Source: Octopus sinensis (taxonomy: Eukaryota). Taken from it: 64,000 nucleotides of DNA. The stretch spans positions 111,848,001-111,912,000 of the forward strand of contig NC_042999.1 in the NCBI RefSeq assembly GCF_006345805.1, read 5' to 3'. Shown in pieces: positions 42,835 to 54,699 of this stretch. The position numbers and the translations under genes are program-made. The notes under the pieces were generated by a model. The model worked only from the letters and a program-made list of their open reading frames with translations, was not told where the DNA came from and ran no database searches. Numbering within the stretch: the stretch's first letter is position 1; every line of letters begins with the position of its first letter.

Positions 42835-42845
42835 TTAACTGTCTC
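41055..42845. repeat. Large inverted duplication (arms 41055-41817 and 42147-42845)
   Basis: Unique sequence is essentially identical in reverse complement; ORFs 40956..41405(-) and 42514..43047(+) share a long identical peptide. Confidence 0.9.
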
Positions 42846-42884
42846 ATTGTGCATGTATATATATATATATATAGCTCATTGTGC

Positions 42885-42922
<38 letters not shown>

Positions 42923-42954
42923 GCACAATGAGCTTCTTTCAGTTTCTTATTTCA

Positions 42955-43185
42955 TATTTATTTACTGCCCACAAGGGGCTACACAAAGAGGGGACAGACA
43001 AGGACAGAGAAAAGGATCAAGTCGATTACATAGACCCCAGTGCGTAACTGGTGCTTAATTTATCCACCCCGAAAGGATGAAAGACAAAGTCGACCTCGGC
43101 GGAATTTGAACTCAGAACGTAACGACAGACGAAATACTGCTAAGCATTTCGCCCGGCGTGCTAACGCTTCTGCTAGCTCGCCGCC
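42955..43185 (-). mobile_element. Full-length family-B SINE with alternative tail
   Basis: ggcggcgagctagcagaagcgttagcacgccgggcg head; B box gagttcaaatt. Confidence 0.9.
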
Positions 43186-43353
43186 TTTCAACTTCTATCA
43201 ACCAAATTCTTTCAGTTTCTATCAACCAAATTCACTTACAAAGCTTTGGTCGGATCAAGGTTATAGCAGAAGACACGATATACATATATATACGCACACA
43301 ATTACTTACATTATTTACATTTGACGGACATTTGTCCTAATCTTGTTTCTTGG

Positions 43354-43401
43354 TAACACAACGTTTCGGCTAATATACTCGCCACCCTTCATCAGGTGTC
43401 A
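43354..43401 (-). ncRNA. Minimal type I hammerhead ribozyme in a Penelope-type terminal repeat (~43295-43435)
   Basis: TGACAC-CTGATGA-A-GGGTG(gcgagtatat)TAGCC-GAAAC-GTT-GTGTTA: full catalytic core, 6-bp stem I, stem II with one mismatch, palindromic stem III, GUU cleavage triplet. Confidence 0.75.
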
Positions 43402-43521
43402 TGGGGAAATTTCAAACCTGGGTTCTCATTCCTCAGTGAAACTGGTCAAGTCAATAAACATCTCTAAAAGATCTTTGCATTTTCAAACCTTTTTTCATAT
43501 ATATATATATATATATATACA

Positions 43522-44800
43522 CAGGGTGGGGAAGCAAAATTTACAATGAACGTTAAATTGTTTTTTCTCAGCAGGCACTAAGTCAATTGTTTTGAAACCT
43601 AGCATATATTGATGTCGTAATCATACCTAACACCATTATCCTTCCCTTTTCAGAAACTTTGCCCATATGAGTAATCAGGAAAGCAAATGTCAAAGATTTG
43701 CTGAATGCACTCGTCACACCAAAGGAGATTTCAAGAATAGTTGGAATGTCCATAAAGACTATTTATAATGTAAAGAATAGAATGACTATGAGCAAAACTA
43801 TTATGAGGAGGTCTGGAAGTGGAGGAATCAACAAAAATGTACCAAAGCTTTTATTAAAGCTCTCAAATCCAAACTCCTAAAGGATCCAACCAAATCCATG
43901 ATAAAAATGGCAATTGAACTTGAGGTAGCCAAAAAGAGCATTAGAAATGCAGTAAAATATGATTTGAGGTTAAAATCTTACACAAGAACACCAAAACACT
44001 TGTTGACAACAGCTATGAAGGAAAAGAGATTGGAAAGGTGCAAGAAAATTATTACGTGGTACAAGAAAAAGTCTTCCATTGTAACGATCTTTTCAGATGA
44101 AAAGATCTTCAGTGTCAATGCTGTTCTGAACCACAGAAATGACAGATTTATTGCAAAATCAACAGCTGAGTTTAAGGGGACATTCAAAACAAAACATCCT
44201 GCTCAAGTTATGGCTTTTTATGTAGTGGCTTCCAATAGAAAGAAAGTACGTATAAAATTCTACAAAGTTGATGAAAAAGACAATGTTAATACTTACCACA
44301 AGACTCTGAGATACCAGGTATTGCCATGTCTTAAAGCAAACTACTCAGATGGTAATTATGTATGGACACAGGATGGTGCTCCAGCACACACAGCTAGAAA
44401 AATACAAGATTTCTGCAAATCCAACTTTAGCAATTTTTTGGAATCATGTTTATGACCACCTTCTAGCCCAAATCTAAACTCTCTGTATTATGCTATTTGG
44501 GGCATTTTAGAACATGCTACCAATAGAACATCACACAGTAATGTCGACTCTCTTAGAGATACTATTAAAGAAGAATGGGAAACTTTGTCTCCCGAATATT
44601 TGAGGAACACTTGCGCAAGTTTCAGGAAGCGTGTGAAGGCAGTTATTGAGTAAGAAGGAGGACTCATAGAATAAAAACATTTTCTGTTATGTAAATTTTC
44701 TTGTGGCAAATAATTCTCATGACTTTCAATAAACTAATTGGTCATACAATGTCTTTTAATCCCTGCCTCAAAATATTGTAAATTTTGCTTCCCCACCCTG
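43522..44800 (+). mobile_element. Full-length maT (DD37D) transposon, inactive
   Basis: Perfect 26-bp TIRs CAGGGTGGGGAAGCAAAATTTACAAT; FSDEK, TQDGAPAH and L*PPSSPNLNSLYY (third Asp position, 37 residues on, changed to Tyr); stops and frameshifts. Confidence 0.92.
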
Positions 44801-45760
44801 TAAATATATATACATACATACATACACATTACTTACATTATGCACGCTCACACACACATACGGTTACTCACACACACATCGCTAGAGCAATTGTAACACC
44901 ACAAACATACTCAGACAGAAACACACACACACACATACTCACACATACTCACACATAACATCCCCACCAACAAAACACACAAACATACTCACGCACACAC
45001 ACTGACGCACACATTCACACACGAGAACAAACACATACACGCATATGCGCACACACAACACCCTGACAAATACAAATCACACACGCACACATACGTGCAC
45101 ACATATACACACACCACAATAAATTCTAGGACCAATCAAAAATGGCCCACACACACAAACACAAGCACTTGTATATACACACACATAGAGACGTGCACAT
45201 AGATACATACACACCATTCTCACCTCTATGATCAGTGCCCAAACCACTAAACCATGACAGACTAGCCCATAAACAAAAAATCCTTTTGGTTCCACATTAC
45301 TCTTCCCCCCACCAACCTCCCACATTATCCCTAAAAATAGAAAACATTCCTTAGCTACACAACAGACAGAAAATGTCAGACAGGTCAGTTATTCCTCTCC
45401 AATTTTTTGTAAATTCTTAAATATACCTCTTGTATATATATATATATATCCTACCAAAAAATATGATTTTTATTGAACTCAAAATACTTAGTGTAATCCC
45501 TTTCTTGAATACTTTCTTGCAAACTGTTTTTAATATTTCCTTATTATCAAAGACTATATAACTGTATTTTAATACTTTTGTGATAACCTACACTTAACAC
45601 AACAAAGCCTATACAAAGCTTTACTTTTGATAATCGTTTTCTAAAAAAGTGAACCCGGTAAAGTCATTTTAACCATCTCTAAAAGTCCTTTGCATTCTCA
45701 AACCTTCTTTCATATATATTTTCACTCGAGCGGTATCTTAGAACTTTACTTTGTCATATG

Positions 45761-45824
<64 letters not shown>

Positions 45825-45856
45825 GTACTGTATGTACACACACACACATATATATA

Positions 45857-46752
45857 CAGGGTGCGGTGAATAAACTGCTCTTAAAATTATGCAAAAATGA
45901 AAATAACACTGACATCTCATTTTAACAGACGTATTTAGCAAAATTGCATAAAAATATCTTGAAATACTAAAAAGTAAATTTATTCAATAAAATTGCCATT
46001 GGCTTCAATAAAGGCCTCCACACGACTTCTGAATCTCCTGCAACTCTTCTGCAACTCAATAGTCTCCTTGTTTGAGTTGGTGAATACTGCCATAATCCTT
46101 GCCTTCAGTTCATATTTGGTGTTACAAGGGATGTTGTTGATCTCTCACTCACCTGCACCCCATACATCATAACCAATGCAGCCTGGGGAGTTAGGTGGCC
46201 AGATGTTAGGGGTGATGTGGTCGAAGAAATTGTCTGACACCCATGACTGGGTTCTCCTGCTTGTGTGGCATAGTGCAGAATCCTGTTGCCAGACATAGGG
46301 TCTTCCAGCAGCCACTCTATTTACTCAGAGCAGCTCTACCTCCTCCAGGCACTTGATGTAGGCCATCGTGTTGAGTTTGAGGCTGTATGGGAAGATGAAT
46401 GGCGGCACAACATCGCCATCACTAGTGATCAGTCCAACACCATGATGTTCACTGGATATTTGATTTTTATCACTCTCGGTGCAAGTCCTTAGACTCCACT
46501 GTCCTCAGATTGCAGTCTTCAGATTGACACCCAAACACTCTGAAATGTTCATATTGAAGCTTCCGGCATGAATGCCAAGCGGTACAGCAAGGTGTTTCCA
46601 GATTTCTGACAGAATGAATTGCGTCATAGTGCTGTTTTTCTTACAGATTGCTTCCAACTGACCCTACTGTACTAAGCAGTAGACAAAATCAAAAACAAAC
46701 AATGCACGAAATTTATAATAGAAAATGTTGATAATTTACCCATCACACATTG
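45857..46752 (-). mobile_element. Internally deleted maT transposon (same family as 8207-8689)
   Basis: TIR cagggtgcggtgaataaa; minus strand gives QQDSAPCH...WPPNSP; TA flanks. Confidence 0.85.
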
Positions 46753-46895
46753 TATATATATATATATATTATATTAAATTAGAGACAAAACCACTATTAG
46801 GCAAATCATCTCTCTCTCCCTCTACCTTTCTGATTTTTCCCTGTAAGTTTGGATTTATTCCCTAATATTTATTATATATATATATGTGTGTGTGT

Positions 46896-47403
46896 GGAAG
46901 CACGTGGCTTAATGGTTAGGCTGTCAGCATCATGATCGTAAGATTGTGGTTTCGATTCCTGGACAGGGCGATGCGTTGTGTTCTTGAGCAAAACACTTCA
47001 TTTCACGTTGCTCCAGTTCACTCAGCTGGCAAAATGATTAACGTTTTTTAATGGCGGTGCCCCAGCATGGCCACAGCTTGTGAGCTGAAACTAGATAAAT
47101 AAATAAAAAAAAAAATATGTATGTATGTATGTATGCATGTATGTATGTATGTATGTATGTATGTATGTGTGTGTGCGCGTGTGTATGTATATAAAGGACT
47201 AAATAAAGAAATAAATGGTGAATAAGTAGGATACCCCATCTCTCTCTCTCTCCTCTACCTTTCTGTTTATCTGTCTGACTATATTTATTAATAATTGACC
47301 TTTCGACCGCGGTATCTTCAATTTCGATAGAAAACCAAGGATTTCGAACCTTCCCCCATTGGAACTGGACACCCTCCGGAAGCTCTATATACATATATAT
47401 TAT

Positions 47404-47448
<45 letters not shown>

Positions 47449-47962
47449 TGTGTGTGTGGAAGCACGTGGCTTAATGGTTAGGCTGTCAGCATCATGATCG
47501 TAAGATTGTGGTTTCGATTCCTGGACAGGGCGATGCGTTGTGTTCTTGAGCAAAACACTTCATTTCACGTTGCTCCAGTTCACTCAGCTGGCAAAATGAT
47601 TAACGTTTTTTAATGGCGGTGCCCCAGCATGGCCACAGCTTGTGAGCTGAAACTAGATAAATAAATAAAAAAAAAAATATGTATGTATGTATGTATGCAT
47701 GTATGTATGTATGTATGTATGTATGTATGTGTGTGTGCGCGTGTGTATGTATATAAAGGACTAAATAAAGAAATAAATGGTGAATAAGTAGGATACCCCA
47801 TCTCTCTCTCTCTCCTCTACCTTTCTGTTTATCTGTCTGACTATATTTATTAATAATTGACCTTTCGACCGCGGTATCTTCAATTTCGATAGAAAACCAA
47901 GGATTTCGAACCTTCCCCCATTGGAACTGGACACCCTCCGGAAGCTCTATATACATATATAT

Positions 47963-48007
<45 letters not shown>

Positions 48008-48530
48008 TGTGTGTGTGGAAGCACGTGGCTTAATGGTTAGGCTGTCAGCATCATGATCGTAAGATTGTGGTTTCGATTCCTGGACAGGGCGATGCGTTGT
48101 GTTCTTGAGCAAAACACTTCATTTCACGTTGCTCCAGTTCACTCAGCTGGCAAAATGATTAACGTTTTTTAATGGCGGTGCCCCAGCATGGCCACAGCTT
48201 GTGAGCTGAAACTAGATAAATAAATAAAAAAAAAAAATATGTATGTATGTATGTATGCATGTATGTATGTATGTATGTATGTATGTATGTGTGTGTGCGC
48301 GTGTGTATGTATATAAAGGACTAAATAAAGAAATAAATGGTGAATAAGTAGGATACCCCATCTCTCTCTCTCCCTCTACCTTTCTGTTTATCTGTCTGAC
48401 TATATTTATTAATAATTGACCTTTCGACCGCGGTATCTTCAATTTCGATAGAAAACCAAGGATTTCGAACCTTCCCCCATTGGAACTGGACACCCTCCGG
48501 AAGCTCTATATACATATATATTATATATAT
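46896..48530 (+). repeat. Three tandem ~560-bp units, each with a SINE head, CR1 3' tail, microsatellites and a Penelope-like fragment
   Basis: ggaagcacgtggc starts at 46896, 47458 and 48017; copies differ almost only in microsatellite length. Confidence 0.95.
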
Positions 48531-49022
48531 ATATATATACACACAAGGTGGGGGGGGGGTGAAAAGTTCTTGGCTTTGGATAAAAGAAAATACAGGAGGA
48601 TCATCTTATTATGATTTTATTCTCCATAATTCCCTCTGAGATTCACACACTTATTGCAGCAGTCTTTTAGATTTCTAAGCCTTGTAAAAGAACTCTATCA
48701 TTTTTTTTCCTTTGAAGAACAATATACTCTGAAATTCAAAGTAACATTATTTTATTAAACAGAAATACAACCAAAATGCAAAGTTTCAGCAGGAATGCCA
48801 ATGTGTCAGACATCAGACAGTAACAAATGAACGTTAATAGTTGGTGTAAGTACTACAGAATTTGGGAGGGGTTTAAGGTTGAAAAGGGTGCTACCAAAAA
48901 TTAGCAGTTATTTTAACAAATGAAGGAAGATAAAGTGTTTATCAAATATGTGAGAATGGGAGGATAACATCATTAATGAGATGTTCAATAATACTAACTA
49001 CGGTAGTATTATTAAAGTTGTT

Positions 49023-49230
49023 AAGGCAGTGAGCTCACAGAATCGTTAGCATGCCGGGCAAAATACTTAGTGGCATTTTGTCAATCTTTATGTACTAAGT
49101 TCAAAAGCCACCAGGGTTGACTTTTATCATTTTAGGTTGATAAAATAAGTACAAGTTGAGCACTGGAGTTTATCTAATCAAATTAACGCCTCCCTTAAAA
49201 TTTCCAGCCCTGTGTCAAAAATTTGAAACC
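49023..49230 (+). mobile_element. Old family-B SINE
   Basis: Homologous to 42955-43185, with many consensus CpGs converted to TG/CA. Confidence 0.7.
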
Positions 49231-51514
49231 AATTTTATTAAAGTCATAAGAGCATAGTTTGTCCCTTCATATAATGTGCTTATTGCTATGATTGTGGTAT
49301 ACATTCGGGAAAGCTATATGGCCTATCATCTTGATAACATTAATTGACTGCTACTTTATTTTATCAACTCCAGAACGATAAAAGCTAAAGTTGATCTTGA
49401 GATTTAATCACTGCATATAAAATTATGTAACTCAATTTCACAAGGACAATGCTCTCTCAATCCAACCAGCTGTCACACTAATGAATCCCAGCAGGACATG
49501 TCTAGTATTTGAATCATTCTCAACTCTACTTTATCCCTGACAATCTTAAATATATTCATCGGGCCATATAAATAAGGTCAAATTCCAAGTAGAGAAAATT
49601 TCATTCAATCCAAACTAGCATAAGAAACCAGATGATTGCAGTAATGATATCAAGGTTGATTTTAATTACAATTAATAATTCATTTTCTAATTGCCATGGT
49701 TAATTTGTTAGTTCATTTTCTTCATTGACTCTTTTACAATTTTACAATTTTATATTTTACTAAAAAATAAATTGGTTGTTGAATACACTCAGTAAAACAT
49801 TTATGTTTGACATTTATTTAAAAATATTACAAAATACATCTAATTGGAATAATTTTTTTTAAATTGATAGATTGATAGTTTGATTGATTATGAGAATGAG
49901 TATAAACAAATCATATTTTAAAGATTACTCTCTTGTTTTTTTTTCTTCTAACCTATAAGACTGTGGTGTCACATTTCCTTAAGCACTTCAAATGAAACCC
50001 AAATTGTTAACCTTCGGTCAAGTGTTTATGTGGTTTTGTTGAGAGTTGATCTCTTATTTGCTTCATGCAACAACAATCTGAAATACTCTAGGGTATCATT
50101 AGTCATTTTTATTTATAAAATCATTTAAATTATATTGTTTTATTCATTTAACTTGGTCACAATACACACATTAACTTCTGACAGATAATAAAAATTAACA
50201 AAATTTAGATAAGAATTCATATGAATTTTATTGTTTAGACTCTGGTACTTTAACAATTGACTTTTGCTAAAGCTAAAATATGAACTATAAGATTACTGCT
50301 CCAAGATTCATGAAGAAACTGTTAAAAGAAAAATTAATTAAAAAAAAAATTAATTAAAGAAAAATTAATGTAACTGTAGTATTTACACTATGTTGTCACT
50401 TATCTAACAATAAAATGAATGGAAAGTTAGATAATCTCCAAGTTCAGCTGGTGAGATAGAATTGCAAATGAAGAGTTCCTTCCATGAAGGAAATCCTAGC
50501 CATTGCTAAACATCCTTACACTATGTTAATTTCCCCTGGCAAGTCACATTTTGCACCTAGAAGCCACCCAGCATGCAAAGACTGCAATGATGTGAACATC
50601 AGAAGAAGGAGAATAGTCAAAGGATTGGCCTGAAACCACCTGACAGAAGACATTCTAGAAAAACCTCAAATGCAGAGGGACCTGTTTGAGGCAAATGGAA
50701 AGAACAGCAAACATGAGAAAGCTTGCTGCTTTATGTGTCTCAATAACTGTCCTATGAGCACTCAGCATATCTATATATGTTGCTTACTTAAGTTTGTTAG
50801 ACCATGTATCACCAGGGTATTCCAGTACTCACCAGTAATATATTTGATTTAATTGTCAGTTTTACAAATAAAATAAGCTACAATATATTTCTTTAAAATA
50901 GTCTAAGAGAAATGGATGATAGTTACCATATGAACATATTATAATAAAAGAGATTCCACAATCTAATCAGAGTAAAGTAAAATTTAAAAACACTGGAGAG
51001 ACATAAATTGTGTATATCCTGGCATTCAAAACAAGAGATACTTAGCAGCTGTTTCTTGCAAGCCATGTAAAGCAGTGGTGTTCTTGGTGCTATGGTACCC
51101 TGCAGCACTTCAAAGATATCCATTTATACCGTCAATCATAATTTAAGAATTTAGAAAATCCATACTTAATTTTTAAGTGTCTTAAAAAACATGATATTCA
51201 TAATTTTGTTACACACTAATTTTACTACTCAAACTGTGGAAGCAAATGGTTTTCAATACTTAATCTGTGTTTTTCTAAATTTCTAACTTAAAATCAGATC
51301 TTTATGCTTCCCGTCAAGTACACAAATTGATTTTTTAATTAATTTTTTCCTATGTGCCATGAAATTAGAATAATTATGAAGCACTAATGTAAGCTCCTTT
51401 CTTGGCTCATGCAAGATGTTGTTGACGGTTTTGTTGTCATAAGTAACAACATTGATTTTATGCAAATTCATCTAACAGATCAGTTGTGGGTTAGATAGGA
51501 AATATATATATACA

Positions 51515-51772
51515 GGTGCAGGCATGGCTGTGTGGTAAGAAGCTTGCTTCCCAACCACATTGTTCTGGGTTCAGTCCCACTGCGTGGAACCGTGGGCAAG
51601 TGTCTTCTACAAATAGCCTTGAACCAACCAAAGCCTTGTGAGTGGATATAGTAGTCAGAAACTGAAAGAAGCCAATCGTGTATATATTTATATGTGTGTG
51701 CCTTTGTGTCTGTATTTGTCCTCCACCACCATCACCATCACTTGACAACCGATGTTGGTGTGTTTATGCTCC
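51515..51772 (+). mobile_element. 3'-truncated OK-type SINE
   Basis: ggtgcaggcatggctgtgtggtaagaagcttgcttcccaacc head. Confidence 0.85.
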
Positions 51773-52507
51773 TCAAACAATAAACAGGTAATAGATCTTT
51801 TGCTGCAGTAGCGAGAGTATCCCATCTGTATGCAACAATGAAATACTGCCACTTCCATAGTTTCGTGGTACTGAAGGTGTAACACAGACAGGGGCAGCTA
51901 CAATCAAGTTGCTGATATAGTTGATTCTTCCATTACCGATAACTTCAAGAAATGATACAGGTGTTTAAGAAATGGAGCCTTTTGGAAAATGAAGGATGAA
52001 CATGATATACAAACTGGAACCAATTAGGAAAGAAAGCTTTTGAGTTTAAAAAATCACCAAACAATTAAAATACAAATAAATATTAAATAAAACAACAATA
52101 GATTTTATATAACTGACTAATTGAATGGGTTTCATACAAACATGACATTTATAAGTTCCCTTTCTTGGATTTCAAAATATTCAATAATGAAAGATTTACC
52201 CATTTATTAACTATTTTCTAACATGTAAATTGTAGATTGTGACATTCCCACTTAGTCACTGGTTATTCTTCATCTTATTTTCTTGCTATTGAAATTGAAG
52301 TGTTAAGCAGTGATATGTATATATGTATATACTGATATGGGTTAGACGGTTTGACTGGAATTGGTAAGCCAGAGAGCTGCACAAGGTTCCAATATTATTT
52401 AGCATAGTTTCTACTGATGGATGCCCTTCCCAATATTATGACTGCATGTGTACCGTTGGCGATTTTTTTCCTCCATCTTCCCTTCTTTGGATCTTTCCTT
52501 TTCTTAT

Positions 52508-52542
52508 GTTTCTGACGAAGAGTTCCATTCAAAAGGTTAAAC
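52508..52542 (+). ncRNA. Decayed hammerhead ribozyme in a Penelope-type repeat (~52480-52630)
   Basis: GTTT-CTGACGA-A-GAGT-TCC-ATTC-AAAAG-GTT-AAAC: stem I and CUGACGA intact, GAAAC changed to AAAAG. Confidence 0.45.
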
Positions 52543-53465
52543 CCTCCTTCTTTCCTTCTTTCCTGAGCATCCAATAATACTATACTTGTTCCATGTCCTT
52601 GTGTTGTTGTTTTTTCATGTTTGGATTAACTATATATATATATATGTATATATATATGTAAACTCATTACCAGTTCAAATTTGCATCAGGCATATTCGAA
52701 CCCATAAGAAAGTTATTCATTGTATTTTGTCGTAGAGAAAATTTCTCACAAGACAGTTTGAAGCACTTCCTTGCTAGACTGATGGATGCATGCCTTTTCA
52801 AGGAGTTATCTCCTCTTCAGCATCAGATACTGGAAGAAGGTGTGTCAGACTGACTTTATTATGATGGATCTGCTGATTAGCACAACCAGTCACAGCACAC
52901 TGAAAAGTTATCTCATGCCAGTCTATCACATCTTCCCCTTCTAATGCATGATATTGAAGAGGAGACAACTAATCCGAAATACACCCATCTCTCAGTCTGG
53001 TCAGGAGATGCTTCAAACTGACTTAGTGTGTTTACACCTATTTGTCTACACTGTGAAATTTTGTCTATGACAAAATACAGTAAATGGCTTTCTTAGAGGT
53101 TTGAATATCTCGAGTATAATTGAACTGATAAAGAGTTTATATTTCTTGCTATGATATTGACAAATCAGCTCCATTTCTAATGTAACAAAGAAGGAAAGAT
53201 ATTAATTTTCACCTAATCTGGCCCTTTGGAAAATGTCTGGCTACAAAATAAATTGAAGTCTGAAATAGTTATACTGTACTGTTTCAATTCCTAAGTTGAT
53301 AATGGAGCAAGTGTGTACACATATATATACATGTGTGTGTGTCTGTGTCTGTGTTTGTGTGTGTGTGTGTGTTTGTGTATAGATATGTGTATATGAGTAT
53401 ATGATTGCATATGAGAATGTGTATGTGTACATATGTGAGTGCATGCATGTGTTTGTACGTAAGTA

Positions 53466-53681
53466 CAAGGGGGAGCTTAAAAGTTCCTGGCCTTGGGTAA
53501 AAGAAAATACAGGAGGAGCAGCTAATGATATTATTCAATATATTCCCCTCTCAGATGTACACACTTATTGCAGAGGTCCTCCAGTTTTTCTAAAACCTGT
53601 AAAAGAACTTAGAAGGTTGAACCTCCAATCAAGCCTTTCATGATATCCTTAAAGCCAAGAACTTTTCGGCACTCCCTCTTG
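53466..53681 (-). mobile_element. Mariner-derived MITE, complete and TA-flanked
   Basis: Homologous to 15897-16109, with both TIRs. Confidence 0.85.
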
Positions 53682-54699
53682 TATGAGTATATATTTGTAT
53701 GTAATGCTTGGGTATTTTTGTCTTTGCATGCATATATGTGCAGGTACATAGAATGTTTACTTGTAGGATATATACGTGCTTGTGAGTATATGAGGATGAC
53801 TGCGTCTGTTTATTAGTATGTTTGCATGTGTATATGTGTGCATGTACATATGTGTGCATGTACATATGTGTGCATGTACATATGTGAAGCTAGTTACATG
53901 TTACCTAAAACCATTCATGTGTCACTGCTGTACATGCTTGCCATAAGTTTGCTTTCACTCTATTAAATCTCCCTTGAAACGAATATGAAATTGAGTCTTA
54001 TGACTTGCTAGAAATAGCAGCCAAATCTCCTTCAAATCCCAGCTTTGTAACATAAAAAAAAGGAAGGACACATTAGAAAATGTGGTGGTAGATAAGCAGT
54101 GTGGTGTCAGAATAGCATGAATTCTGTCCAAAAGTTGACTGTTAATTAATAATTAATTATAGGAATATTGTAATTTATATATTATGTTGAATATTAAATT
54201 ATAATTCTTTATCTTAAGTCTTTATTTTGAAATACAATTCTTTATGTAAGCTTATGTAAGTATTAAATAGCAAAAAGAGAAAAATAAAACAGTTAGACTA
54301 TGAGGAACTCTTATAAAAGAATACTACTCACAAAAGACTTTTATGTACCTAATCTATGGCTAGACATAATTAAATGAGATTTCATAATCATAGTTATATG
54401 AAACAATGAGTTATAGTAGAGAGAATGAAATTTATATAAACTCATCTAGTTATCTTTTAAATTGAGCATGGCTTAATTCATTTATGGTAATATTGAAGAA
54501 AAATTAGACATTAGTTGTTTACTTACAGGCACCAAACTGGCTGGGTAATGAGAATGTTGGATAGAATAGCTTGTAGTATTTTCTCTCGATCTCTACATTC
54601 TGAGTTCAAATCTAGCTGAGGTCAACTTGCCTTTCATCCTTTCAAGGTCAGTAAACAAATTGCCAGTGATGGACATTGAATTGAGGAATTGTTCAAGCA

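Noticed and set aside
51775-51910. Possible hAT dimerisation-domain remnant (LWKW...TLATAAKDLLPV)
   Set aside because: Only a weak motif resemblance, with no TIR or other hAT domains seen.
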